64,000 nt of DNA, taken from Myxococcota bacterium (GTDB taxonomy: Bacteria > Myxococcota_A > UBA9160 > UBA6930). Both the position numbers and the translations under genes were made by a program. The stretch spans positions 3,168,001 through 3,232,000 of the forward strand of contig OZ245015.1 of assembly GCA_965223705.1 (NCBI GenBank), written 5' to 3'. This document shows, in pieces, positions 50,301-63,932 of this stretch. A model generated the notes under the pieces. The model made no database searches. It saw only the letters and a program-made list of their open reading frames with translations, and had not been told where the DNA came from. The first letter of the stretch is position 1, and each line of letters begins with the position of its first letter.

Positions 50301-51763
50301 AACAAGACGTTCGCGTTCGCGTGCATCGTGAGGTCGTAGGACCCACCGTTCGACGTGAACGAAACCGGGATGAAGCGCTGGTCGGTGTTCGTCGCATGCG
50401 TCGTTCCGGAAAGCCGGACGAGGCTGAACGCCGCGAGGTTCGCGCTTCCCGTCACCGTGACCGTCTCGCCGGCGCTGACCTGCGCGGGCGGGGTATCGAG
50501 CACAGGGCGCGGAGCGAGCGAGCCGTCGGGCGCGAACAAATAGGGCGGCGAATAGATCTGGCCGTCTTGATGGTTCTCTTCGTTGCACGATCCGCACAAG
50601 CCGCCGCCGGCGGAGAGGACGCGCCCGTCTTTCAAGAGCAAGGCGATGGAGTGGTAGTTTCGCGGGATCGCCATGTCGGCGAGCACCGTCCACGTATCCG
50701 TCGTCGGATTCCACAGTTCTGCGGCGTAGACCGTTCCGTCATCGCTGAAAGCGACGCCCGAGGTATTTCCCCCGATCACCAGGACGTCGCCCGTCGGCAG
50801 GGTCACCGAATTATGATACGCGCGCGGGAAGTTCATCGGCGCCGCGGTGGTCGTCTGGGGAGCCGGGCCGGTCAGGTCGACCCGATACACGACATTCGTC
50901 GTCGGCGGGTTTTGCGTGCGATCGGCGCCGCCGATCAGGGCGACTTCGCCCGGCGCGAACGCCACCGTGTTCCCCCACATGCGCGTGCGATTCCCGGCAG
51001 GCTGACCCAGCGTTTGTACGGAACCGCTGCCCGAGGCGTCAAAGAGATGCCAGGTCTGCGTCGGCCCCCCGTGGAAGACGCGCCCGTCCGGCATCACGGC
51101 CATATGCGGCCACCACTGCAGGTTCGATGCGGCGTTGACGGTCGGCTGCCCGTTCTCGGCGTTCTGCTCGTCGAGAAGGTCCTGCATGTCCGCACCCGGT
51201 GTGCGGATCCACACGTCATCCGTGGGGTCGTACCGTTCCGACGTGCTCCCGGCCGCACGCCCGAAGGTCTGGAAGATCGCGTTGTCGGGCATCGCGAGGC
51301 TGGTGCTGTACCAGCGCTCCGTCGTCATGTCGCTGAGGCCCTGCCACTGCAGCGAGAAGGGATTGAACGTGCTGGTCCGCGAATCCTGGGGATTGCCACC
51401 CGACGCGACGATGCTGCCATCTTCCAGGAGGGAAATCCCAGCGCAAAACATGTCGTGAAAGTTCGAGTCGACGTTGAGAAAGCTCTCATCCGTGGGATCG
51501 AAGAGCGATGCGTACGTGAAGTTCGGGCCGCTCGGGAAATCGTCGATCTCGGTGGACGCCCACGTGAGAATGCGGCCGTCCGGGAGGGTTGCCGCCGAAA
51601 CGGCGATCTCGGGCCACGCGATGACGGGACCCCAAGCGCCGACCGCGGCGGGACCGACTTGAGCGCGGGATGTGTGGGGGGAAAAAACGAGCGCTATCAG
51701 CACAAAAACCGAATGAACCAAACGCCGACACAGCGGCGCGTAGATCGCGGGTCGCTTTCGCAT
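47366..51763 (-). CDS. secreted multidomain protein: galactose/glyoxal oxidase-like (AA5) + DUF1929 + 2x NPCBM + YncE-type beta-propeller + di-haem cytochrome c domain
   Basis: signal peptide; MFCAG, RWYST, RNYHS, TTHATNTDQR; two YxSDLxW...KGIGAHA repeats; propeller repeats; two CASCH motifs and APYLHNG. Confidence 0.85.
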   Translation of the reverse strand: MRKRPAIYAPLCRRLVHSVFVLIALVFSPHTSRAQVGPAAVGAWGPVIAWPEIAVSAATLPDGRILTWASTEIDDFPSGPNFTYASLFDPTDESFLNVDSNFHDMFCAGISLLEDGSIVASGGNPQDSRTSTFNPFSLQWQGLSDMTTERWYSTSLAMPDNAIFQTFGRAAGSTSERYDPTDDVWIRTPGADMQDLLDEQNAENGQPTVNAASNLQWWPHMAVMPDGRVFHGGPTQTWHLFDASGSGSVQTLGQPAGNRTRMWGNTVAFAPGEVALIGGADRTQNPPTTNVVYRVDLTGPAPQTTTAAPMNFPRAYHNSVTLPTGDVLVIGGNTSGVAFSDDGTVYAAELWNPTTDTWTVLADMAIPRNYHSIALLLKDGRVLSAGGGLCGSCNEENHQDGQIYSPPYLFAPDGSLAPRPVLDTPPAQVSAGETVTVTGSANLAAFSLVRLSGTTHATNTDQRFIPVSFTSNGGSYDLTMHANANVLLPGYYWLFAIDGAGVPSVGQTIQVVRTTAPPVDPPTGDIVYASDLTWVSETNGWGPAERDRSNGEQGATDGGTLTLNGVAYAKGIGAHADSEIVIDLAGAYTRFLSDVGIDDIQDGQCGSVIFRVFVDSALAYESPIMYPDSATQSVDIDVTGASQLRLVQDNAQGDICGDQGNWAGARLLTGEPVDPPDPPDPPDPPDPPDPPGPPPGQTVYLSDLPWLSETNGWGPAERDRSNGETGPADGGTLTLNGTTYVKGIGAHADSEIVIDLAGSYVRFLSDIGVDDIQDGQCGSVRFEVYLDAVQAFTSSTLAPDSATQSVDLDVTGVNELRLVVDNAQGDICGDQGNWADARLLTPGGAGAPTASSTLLLEDSSGAERAWNVNPDNDSVGVVSAAGATLAEVPVGARPWALAKAPLADEVWVANKGSSTISVIDTGTLSVTRVVGLPRGSQPHGLAFAPGSDTLFVVLEASGQLVRINRVTGATEAAVAIGVRPRHVSVSADGSRVYVTRFVTPPLIGESTASVTVAGGGGEVLVIDASSLTWQDTWLLPHSGAPPTEVSGPGVPNYLNALVISPDGSMGFVPSKQDNILAGALRGGGELDFDSTVRAVTSRIDLATGATSVATRWDHDNASLATGAAFSPDGRYLFVALETSREVGVLDLNGPSEIVRIPVGRAPQGVAVSADGTRLYVHEFMDRSIGIHDIATLVSAGAPSAPRLVTASVVATETLSPTILLGKQHFYDAADDRLATDNYLSCASCHNEGDDDGRVWDFTSFDEGLRNTISLRGRGGAAHGRLHWTANFDEVQDFESQIRTLGGGSGLMTDAEFNTGTRSQPLGDPKAGISADLDALAAYVASLAFTDFSPHRNGDGTMTTAAQAGEALFGTACASCHTGSQLTDSASGVSHNVGTLVVPDSGRPGAPLTGLDTPGLRGAFGTAPYLHNGSAETLEEAIAAHGGAAGLSAQQRAELAAYVRELDPAP
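49240..50190 (-). repeat. tandem duplicated NPCBM domains separated by a (DPP)n linker
   Basis: near-identical ETNGWGPAERDRSNGE...DNAQGDICGDQGNWA blocks; 9-bp GGCGGATCC-type tandem repeat at about 49690-49745; coordinates approximate. Confidence 0.85.
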
Positions 51764-51873
51764 CTCGATCGTTCCTCTGTTTTCCGGTCCTCCTGAGACG
51801 TCCGGTGACTACACGAGACTATTTCGACATATATGGATTTCGAAATGGGCAAAAACCCACAGAAGCAAAAAAA

Positions 51874-53004
51874 CTACAACTCGCCGCTCAGTGTGTGGAG
51901 AAAGTCGATGAGTTGTTGTTGTTGGCCTGCATCGATCGCCAACGAACTGGGCAGCTCGTGGCTCGAACGCGACTTGTCCGGAGGGCGAACGTAGTGGCGA
52001 ACGACTTCGGCGAGTGTCTTGAAGCGTCCGTCGTGCATATAGGGCGCCGTCGCTTTCAGGTTTCGCAAGCCCGGAGTGAGGAACGCACCGCGCATGAGCG
52101 AAGGCACTTCCGTTTTCAATGACTGGGCTACCGGCGTGCAATCGCCGCCGATTTGGAACCGCTCGGACGCGTTCATGCAACTCCAGGGTGACACTTCGAG
52201 TGCGGACGCTGCCGCCGCGCGACCGAGGTCTTCGCTCGGCCGGCCGAGATCACCGGTTCCGATGTTGTGGAACCGCCCATCTCGAAACAGGGGACCGTTG
52301 TGGCACGACGCACAACCGGCGGCGCCGCTGATGAACACGCGCAGCCCCGCCACCTCGTCGCCGGCAAGCCATGAGGTTTCGGGCGGTTCGTCGGGCGAGG
52401 CCGCTACGGCGGCGACGTACCGATCAAAGCGGGTCGGCGGGGACAGCAGGGTCCTCTCGAAGGTCGCGATCGCCCTACCCAAATGGACGAAGGCGAGGTC
52501 CACGCCATGCGCGCTCGTCGAAGCCCCAAAACTCGCGCGATAGAGCTCTTCGAGGCGCGCATCGGACCGAACGAAGTCGACGACAGCCGCGCGGTTCCCG
52601 GCCATCTCATCCGCCGCCTCGATCGCCATCAGCGCTTGTGCCCACAAGCTGTCCGCTCGCCCGTCCCATAGAAGCCAACGGGAGAAGGCTACGTCGAGAA
52701 GGCTCGGCGTGTTGCGCCGGAGGGGCTTCAGTCCGCGAGCGGTCGGCAACCCGTCGGCAAAACTCCGCTCGGGGATGTGGCAGGTACTGCACGCGACTTC
52801 GCCCGACCCGCTGAGCGCCGGCTCGAAAAACAAACGGCGTCCCAATTCGACAGCTGGAGCGGGTGCCTCCGGTAGATCCGGGAGCGCGCTGATCGAAAAA
52901 CTTGCGAGCAAAGCGCGCTGCGCGGGAGACCATGGCTCAGATAGGGCGTCGACCGAGGTCAAGAGCACCACCGCGACCGCGGCCTCGAGCCACCAACGGT
53001 TCAT
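51874..53004 (-). CDS. di-haem cytochrome c peroxidase/MauG-family protein
   Basis: signal peptide, LGRRLFFE..LS, CSTCH, RNTPSL, WDGRADSLWAQ, CASCH, APYMHDG. Confidence 0.88.
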   Translation of the reverse strand: MNRWWLEAAVAVVLLTSVDALSEPWSPAQRALLASFSISALPDLPEAPAPAVELGRRLFFEPALSGSGEVACSTCHIPERSFADGLPTARGLKPLRRNTPSLLDVAFSRWLLWDGRADSLWAQALMAIEAADEMAGNRAAVVDFVRSDARLEELYRASFGASTSAHGVDLAFVHLGRAIATFERTLLSPPTRFDRYVAAVAASPDEPPETSWLAGDEVAGLRVFISGAAGCASCHNGPLFRDGRFHNIGTGDLGRPSEDLGRAAAASALEVSPWSCMNASERFQIGGDCTPVAQSLKTEVPSLMRGAFLTPGLRNLKATAPYMHDGRFKTLAEVVRHYVRPPDKSRSSHELPSSLAIDAGQQQQLIDFLHTLSGEL

Positions 53005-53041
53005 TCGGAACACCGTCACCGGGCCACGATACACTGCGCGA

Positions 53042-54310
53042 ATGCGGAGCGAGATCCCCGCGCCGGTCAGAGCGTTCCTCGCGGCTTTCCTCCTCATCGC
53101 CGCCGCCTGCGATCGCGGCGCTCCGCCGGTGAATCCCGCGGAGCTCGAGATCTTGCGTAGCCTGTCCATCGCTGTACCCGAACCGTTGCCCGCCTCGGTC
53201 TCGAACCGCGTCGGAGACGATCCGGCGGCCGCTCGCCTCGGACACGCGCTCTTCTTCGACCCCGGCCTCAGCCGGGGCGGGGCCGTCGCTTGCGCGACGT
53301 GCCACGAACCGACGCGCTACTTCACCGATGGGCTCCCCCAATCCCAGGGGCTCGGTCGAATGACGCGAAACGCGCCGACGTTGGTCGGCGCCGCCTACGC
53401 CCCTTGGCAGTTCTGGGACGGCCGTCGCGACAGCCTGTGGGCACAAGCTCTCGCGCCGCTCGAAGCACCGCGGGAAATGGGCGGAACACGCCTCGGTGTG
53501 GTCCGCTACGTCACGCGAACGTCGCGACACGCGGAGGCGTACGCTGCGCTCTTCGGTGAACCGCCGATGGTCAGCGACCTTCCAGCCGAGGCTTCGCCGT
53601 TCGGTTCCGCGAAAGAACGATCGGCTTGGGCGTCGGTGTCGCCGGCGCGACAACACGCGGTCGACACGGCGTTCGCGAATATCGGCAAGGCACTCGGTGC
53701 GTACCAGCGGCAGCTTCTGCCGAAGGCAGGGCCTTTCGATCGAGCGATCGCCGCACTTGCGCGAGGCGACCTGAGCGAGGCTCGACACCTCGATCCCGAG
53801 GTCTGGGAAGGAGCGCGCCTGTTCGCCGACAACGCGCGCACCCAGTGTCTTCGCTGCCACAACGGCCCTTTGTTGACGAACCAAAGCTTTCACCGGATCG
53901 CAACGTCCCAGGGCGAAGGCGCGCGAGACCTCGGTCGCTTCATCGGTATCCAGGCGGTACTCCTCGATCCGTTCAATTGCGCCGGTCCGTTCAGCGACGC
54001 AGCTCCGGAGCAGTGTCGGGAGTTGCGTTTCGTATCGCGGCGACACATCGAGGAACTCCAGGGTGCGTTCAAAACCCCGACCCTCCGCGGCTTGGCGAAG
54101 AGTGGGCCCTACATGCACGACGGGCGCTTCGACACGCTCGTCGAAGTGATGGAGCACTATCGAAACCCGCCGCCGCCCCAACGCGAGCCGCATGAGCTCA
54201 TACCGCTCGAGATGTCGGACGAAGAAGTGGCCGCGATGGTGGTATTCCTCCTCGCGCTCGGCGACGAGGTGGCGGCCGAGCCACACTGGCTAGTCGCTCC
54301 GTCGGATTGA
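53042..54310 (+). CDS. di-haem cytochrome c peroxidase/MauG-family lipoprotein
   Basis: lipobox-like IAAAC, CATCH, RNAPTL, WDGRRDSLWAQ, CLRCH, FKTPTLR, PYMHDG. Confidence 0.88.
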   Translation: MRSEIPAPVRAFLAAFLLIAAACDRGAPPVNPAELEILRSLSIAVPEPLPASVSNRVGDDPAAARLGHALFFDPGLSRGGAVACATCHEPTRYFTDGLPQSQGLGRMTRNAPTLVGAAYAPWQFWDGRRDSLWAQALAPLEAPREMGGTRLGVVRYVTRTSRHAEAYAALFGEPPMVSDLPAEASPFGSAKERSAWASVSPARQHAVDTAFANIGKALGAYQRQLLPKAGPFDRAIAALARGDLSEARHLDPEVWEGARLFADNARTQCLRCHNGPLLTNQSFHRIATSQGEGARDLGRFIGIQAVLLDPFNCAGPFSDAAPEQCRELRFVSRRHIEELQGAFKTPTLRGLAKSGPYMHDGRFDTLVEVMEHYRNPPPPQREPHELIPLEMSDEEVAAMVVFLLALGDEVAAEPHWLVAPSD

Positions 54311-54329
54311 GTGGGGCTACACTCGAGGC

Positions 54330-55481
54330 ATGGCGTTCAGCTTCTCCGACGAGCAAGAGGAATTTCGCGGCGTCGTTCGGCGCTTCCTCGAACAGAAGTC
54401 ACCCCCGACGGAAGTCAGGCGTTTGATGGAGGAAGACGCGGGTTACGACCCGGCGGTCTGGCGGCAGCTTTCCGAGGAACTGGGCCTCCCCGGGTTGGCG
54501 ATCCCGGAGGCGTACGGAGGGCAAGGGTTCAGCTTTGTCGAGCAGTGCATCGTGCTCGAAGAGATGGGGCGTGCTCTCTTGTGCGCGCCCTACCTGAGCT
54601 CATCCGTCCTCGCCGCGCACGCGATTCTGCTCGGTGCGACCGAAGCGCAGAAGAAAGAGTGGCTCCCCGACCTCGCGTCGGGCACCCGCTTGACGACGCT
54701 GGCTTGGGCCGAGCCCGGTGGCGGCTTCCACACCGCCGGAGTCTCGATGCGCGCGAAGAACGCGGGCGGCGGCGGGTACCGACTCGACGGCGCGAAGACC
54801 TTCGTCCCCGACGGTCATATCGCCGAGCGGCTGATCGTCGCCGCTCGGACCGCGGTGGACGCGGAGCCCTCGCTATTCGCGGTCGACGCTACGTCACCGG
54901 GTCTCGAAAGGCGCTTGCTCAAGACGCTCGATCCGACGCGAAAGCTCGCCGAGATCGCCTTTTCGGACGTTCCCGCTGAGGTGCTGGGCGAAACGGATTC
55001 CGGAGGAAGCGCACTGGCTACCGCGCTCGATATCGGCGCCGTTGCCCTCGCGAACGAATCCGTCGGCGGTGCGGCGAAAGTGCTCGAAACTTCCGTCGAG
55101 TACGCGAAGACGCGGATGCAGTTCGGGCAGCCGATCGGGACGTTCCAGGCGATCAAGCACAAGTGCGCGGACGTGCTGCTCGACGTGGAGCTCGCGAAAT
55201 CGGCGGCCTACTACGCAGCCACGGCTGTGGCCGAAGCCGACCCGGAACTTCGCGAGATCGCGTCGCTCGCGAAGGCCCTGTGTTCGGACGCCTATCTGAA
55301 AGCCGCGGCGGAGAACATCCAGATTCACGGCGGCGTCGGATTTACGTGGGAGTACGACGCACACCTCTATTTCAAGCGGGCGAAGGCATCGGAGGTGTTT
55401 CTCGGTACCCCGGCGATGCACCGCGAGCGCTACGCACAGTGCATCGGAATGGGACCCATCGGGGGAGGAACGGCCGAATGA
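54330..55481 (+). CDS. acyl-CoA dehydrogenase (short partner subunit type)
   Basis: FSDEQEEFR, RMQFGQPIGTFQAIKH, QIHGGVGFTWE. Confidence 0.9.
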   Translation: MAFSFSDEQEEFRGVVRRFLEQKSPPTEVRRLMEEDAGYDPAVWRQLSEELGLPGLAIPEAYGGQGFSFVEQCIVLEEMGRALLCAPYLSSSVLAAHAILLGATEAQKKEWLPDLASGTRLTTLAWAEPGGGFHTAGVSMRAKNAGGGGYRLDGAKTFVPDGHIAERLIVAARTAVDAEPSLFAVDATSPGLERRLLKTLDPTRKLAEIAFSDVPAEVLGETDSGGSALATALDIGAVALANESVGGAAKVLETSVEYAKTRMQFGQPIGTFQAIKHKCADVLLDVELAKSAAYYAATAVAEADPELREIASLAKALCSDAYLKAAAENIQIHGGVGFTWEYDAHLYFKRAKASEVFLGTPAMHRERYAQCIGMGPIGGGTAE

Positions 55482-56731
55482 GCGACGTCACGGAAGAAGT
55501 GGTTCGCAGTGAAGTCCGCGCTTGGCTCGAAGAACATTGGGATCCGAATCGGTCGCTTCTCGAATGGAGAAACCTTCTCGCAGATTCCGGCTGGGCCACC
55601 CCGACGTGGCCGAAAGAGTGGTACGGGCGCGGTCTCCCCGTCGCCCTCGGCGACGCGGTCGCGGACGAATTCCGGAAGATCGGAGCCGTCGGCCTTCCCG
55701 GTGGCGTCGGGGCCGGCCTCGCGGCGTCGACGCTCCTCGAGCACGGTTCGGACGAACTCAAGCGGAGCTTGTTGCGGCCCATCATCACGGGTGAGGATTC
55801 CTGGTGTCAGCTCTTCAGCGAGCCCGGCAGTGGTTCCGACCTGGCAGGCCTCACGACACGAGCCGATCGTGACGGAGATGAGTGGGTCGTCAACGGGCAA
55901 AAGGTCTGGAACACCAGCGCACACCACGCAAAGTGGGGAATGCTTCTCGCGCGCACGGACTGGGACGTTCCGAAACACAGCGGCATCAGCTACTTCGTGA
56001 TCGACATGCATCAGCCGGGCATCACGATCCGCCCGCTCCGGCAGATGAACGGCTACGCATCGTTCAACGAAGTCTTCATGGAGGACGCGCGGGTGCCCGC
56101 GCAAAACGTGGTCGGCGAAATCAACCGCGGCTGGACCGTCGCGTTGACTACGCTCGCGCACGAACGCCGCTTGTCACGCATTGGCGGCCGCAAAGTCAAG
56201 GGAGAGGGCCGCGCCCTCGACGAATACCGCGCGGAACTCGACGAAGTGATGGAGCCCTACGTCTGGTACCCGCAACGAGCGGGGCGACCCGATCTGGTCC
56301 TGTCCCGTGCCGAGGAGACCGGACGCGCCGGCGACCCGACGGTGCGCCAGGAAACCGCGAAGCTCATGGCGCTTGTGCGTGCTTCGGAGTGGACGTTCCA
56401 GCGGGCCAAGGCGGCGCAGAAACTCGGCCGGCCTCCCGGACCGGAGGGCTCGTTGGGCAAGCTCTGCACGAGTCATATCGCGCGGGCTTCCGCTGCGGTC
56501 CACACGTTGATTTCCGAAGGCTCTGCGTTGCTTGCGGGAGACGACGCCCCGCTCGACGGCACGATCGCGGAGATCTTGATCTCGGTTCCGGCGCAATCAA
56601 TCGCCGGCGGCACGGACGAGATTCAGCGAAATATCTTGGCCGAGCGCGTTCTCGGGTTGCCCCGTGGCCCCTCGGCGGATTCGAAGAAACCGTTTCGAGA
56701 CGTGCCGAAAAACTTGGCGACACCGGACTAG
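55478..56731 (+). CDS. acyl-CoA dehydrogenase
   Basis: WCQLFSEPGSGSDL, NGQKVW, FNEVF, IAGGTDEIQRN; ATGA overlap with the upstream ACAD. Confidence 0.9.
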   Translation: MSDVTEEVVRSEVRAWLEEHWDPNRSLLEWRNLLADSGWATPTWPKEWYGRGLPVALGDAVADEFRKIGAVGLPGGVGAGLAASTLLEHGSDELKRSLLRPIITGEDSWCQLFSEPGSGSDLAGLTTRADRDGDEWVVNGQKVWNTSAHHAKWGMLLARTDWDVPKHSGISYFVIDMHQPGITIRPLRQMNGYASFNEVFMEDARVPAQNVVGEINRGWTVALTTLAHERRLSRIGGRKVKGEGRALDEYRAELDEVMEPYVWYPQRAGRPDLVLSRAEETGRAGDPTVRQETAKLMALVRASEWTFQRAKAAQKLGRPPGPEGSLGKLCTSHIARASAAVHTLISEGSALLAGDDAPLDGTIAEILISVPAQSIAGGTDEIQRNILAERVLGLPRGPSADSKKPFRDVPKNLATPD

Positions 56732-57804
56732 TAGATCTTCATCACCTCGGTGAAGTCCCGCATCGTCTCGCGCAGCCCGGTGAGACTCGGCAGAATCGAG
56801 AACTCATCGAGCCCGGCCGCCTCGGCCTTGTGGAGGCGATCGGCGATCTCCGCCGGCTCGCCGACCATGCACACGCCGCGCACCGTGTCTTCGGTAATGA
56901 ACCGACGCTCGTCGGGCGGATAAAACGTACAGTGACCGTCGTGGATCCTTAAGTGCCGCCTGTCTTTCGGCCCGTCCATGTTGTCGACGTGGTCGCAGTA
57001 CTCCTCCCACACTCCGTGAAAGTACTCGGGAATCATCTCTTCGTTTCGCGTGTACTGATAGATCTCGTAGACGAAGTGCAAGATCGCGACGGTCCAAGCC
57101 CCGCAGTTCTCGACGACGCGATCGGACGTGGCCGCTTCACCGGGTCGCAGAACGGCCGCGTTCGTCAGCGTCGAGGCGTAGTAGTCGTCGGGTAGCTTGC
57201 GGCCGGCCGCTTCCGCCCCCGCTCTCACCATTCCGAGGTGATACGCGAGCGCTTCCGGATCCTCGTTGAACGCTGCGATCAGCCCGTCTCCGTACTCGCC
57301 CGCGGCGGCGAGGGCCTTCGGACCGTTCGCCGCGACGTAGATCGGCACGGGCTGCTCCGTGTTGCGAAAGCCCAGGTCTTTGTGGATGAAATCGATCGTG
57401 CGGGTGACGCCGTCCAAGGTGTACTCGACGGCCTCGCCGTGAAGAAGCGCCCGCAAAACGCGCAGATACTCCCGGAAATCGGCGACCTTCATCGGATCCA
57501 TACCCATCACGCGCATGGCGGTATGCCCGGTCCCGATGCCGATAAACACCCGCCCCGGGGCAATCTGATTGATCGAGGCGATCGAATGCGCCGTCACCGG
57601 CGCGAGGCGCGTGCCCGCGATCGACACCCCTGTACCGAGTCGGATCCGAGACGTCGTGTGAGCCGCCAAGGCCATGGTGGCGTAGCAATCCGACCAGACC
57701 ATCTGAGTGTCCGGTAGCCAAGCCGCGTCGTAACCGAGCTCTTCGATCTCCTTGTAGACCTGCCAATCGTCGATCTTCGTTTGAACGGTGATGCTGAATT
57801 TCAT
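56728..57804 (-). CDS. LLM-class (luciferase-like, possibly F420-dependent Mer-type) oxidoreductase
   Basis: EELGYDAAWLPDTQM, TSRIRLGTGV, GIGTG, PIYVAANGPK, GEYGDG. Confidence 0.85.
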   Translation of the reverse strand: MKFSITVQTKIDDWQVYKEIEELGYDAAWLPDTQMVWSDCYATMALAAHTTSRIRLGTGVSIAGTRLAPVTAHSIASINQIAPGRVFIGIGTGHTAMRVMGMDPMKVADFREYLRVLRALLHGEAVEYTLDGVTRTIDFIHKDLGFRNTEQPVPIYVAANGPKALAAAGEYGDGLIAAFNEDPEALAYHLGMVRAGAEAAGRKLPDDYYASTLTNAAVLRPGEAATSDRVVENCGAWTVAILHFVYEIYQYTRNEEMIPEYFHGVWEEYCDHVDNMDGPKDRRHLRIHDGHCTFYPPDERRFITEDTVRGVCMVGEPAEIADRLHKAEAAGLDEFSILPSLTGLRETMRDFTEVMKIY

Positions 57805-57918
57805 CGGGGCGCCTCCGCGTTAGGCGGAGCCTAGCGCGCTGAGGACACGCAGCTGCGGGCCCCTTTTTGTGGTAGACCTCCGCTCGAATTCCGTTGCTTT
57901 TTACGCGTTGAGGAATGA

Positions 57919-62059
<4,141 letters not shown>

Positions 62060-62063
<4 letters not shown>

Positions 62064-63880
62064 CGGAGGTCTAGCCCCTTGAGCCCGCCGTCGTCGCGCC
62101 ACGCTTTCAGGATCTCGAAGAACTCGACCGGCCCTCCGCCGTAGACGTTCGAGAGAAAGCCGCTTTCAGCATCGAGGTTCCCCTCGTTGTTGTAGTAGCC
62201 CGGCGTGCATTCCGCAAAGAAACGACGACCGAGTCGCGCCTTTCGCTTGATCGTCTCGACCCACGCTTCTTCCGCTTCGACGCTTGCCTCCACGGTCTCG
62301 GCGCCGCGCTCACGCGTCTGGCCGATGGTATGGGCGATCTGTTTCGCTTGTTCGTTCAACAGGTGCGGGAAGTTCGGCGAGAGGCCGCTTTGAATGAGGC
62401 CCATAAAATAGCAGTTCGGAAAACCGTGTACGTGTAGCCCGTGGAAGGTTCGCGGTCCGTGCGACCATTTCTCCGTAAGCGTCATCCCCTCGCGGCCCAC
62501 GACTTCGTAGCCGGTACGACGCGTGTACGCGGTACCGACTTCAAAGCCCGTGGCAAAAATGATGCAATCGACCTCGTAGTGAATGCCCTGGGCGACGAGA
62601 CCCGTCTCGGTGACGCGCTCGACGCCCTGCCCCCCCGTATCCACCAGCGTCACGTTGTCGCGGTTGTAGGTATCCAAGTACTCATCGTGGTAACAAGGTC
62701 GCTTGCAGAACTGGCGGTAGTAGGGCTTTAGCGACTCTGCGGTGACCGGGTCTTTTACGATCTCGTCGACGCGGCTGCGAACTTGCTCCATTTTTTCGAA
62801 GTCCGCGATCTCGGTCATCGCGGCGATCTGCTCCTTCGACATACTCTCGTAGCCATCCGGCGGAACGATCTGCGCGAGTTTTCGGTAGATCTCCGTCCAG
62901 CCATCGCCGACGAGATCCTCCTTTTGGTAGCCACCGCTCACGAGGACATTGAAGTTTTCCATCCGCCGCTGCTGCCAACCCGGCTCGAGTGTTTCCGCCC
63001 ACTCGGGGTCCGTCGCGCGGTTCGCGCGAACGTCCACCGAGGACGGCGTGCGCTGGAAGACGTAGAGATGCTTCGCTCCCTCGCCCAAATGGGGGATGCA
63101 TTGGATCGCTGTGGCGCCGGTTCCGATGATCGCTATGCGCTTGTCGCCCAAGCGATCGAGCCCGCCATCCGAGTCCCCGCCGGTGTACGCGTAGTCCCAA
63201 CGGCTCGTGTGGAAGGTGTGGCCCTTGAATTCCCGAATGCCCGGGATTCCGGGCAGCTTCGGGCGGTTCAAGGGACCGTTTGACATCGCGACGAAACGCG
63301 CCCGCAAGCGGTCGCCGCGATCGGTGGACACGATCCAGCGGGACGAATCTGCGTCCCAGCGGAGCTCGGTGACTTCGGTCTGCAAGCAGGCATTGTCGTA
63401 GAGACCGTAGTGGCGGGCGATTCTTCGGGAATAGTCGAGGATTTCGGGCGCGTGGGAATACTTCTCTTTCGGGACGTACCCCATCTCCTCCAACAAGGGG
63501 AAGTAGATGTAGGATTCGATGTCACACATCGCGCCGGGATAGCGATTCCAGTACCAGGTCCCGCCGAAGTCTCCCCCTTTTTCGATCACGCAGAGATTCG
63601 TGATGCCGGCTTCTTTCAAGCGCGCCGCCGCCAATAGACCGCCAAATCCCCCGCCGATGATTGCGACTTCGATCTCGTCACTTCGCGCCGTTCGGTTCGC
63701 CTCGGCGGCGACGTACGGATCCTCATCGTAACGCTCGAACTCGCCCGCGATCTCCTGGTACTGCCGGTTGCCATCCTCTCGGATCCGCTTGTCGCGCTCT
63801 TCGCGGTACTTCGCGCGCAGGAGGTCGGGGTCGAAGGGAAGAGTCGAGGTATCCATCAAATCTCGGATCTGCTGCGTCAC
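62060..63880 (-). CDS. Baeyer-Villiger monooxygenase
   Basis: GGGFGG, GGTWYWNRYPG, FKGHTFHTSRWD fingerprint, GTGATA, CTPGYYNNEG. Confidence 0.92.
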
Positions 63881-63932
63881 GGTGTGTTCCTCTCTTCGGG
63901 TTCGCGCGGCAGGATAGCGCTCGCGAGGGGGG

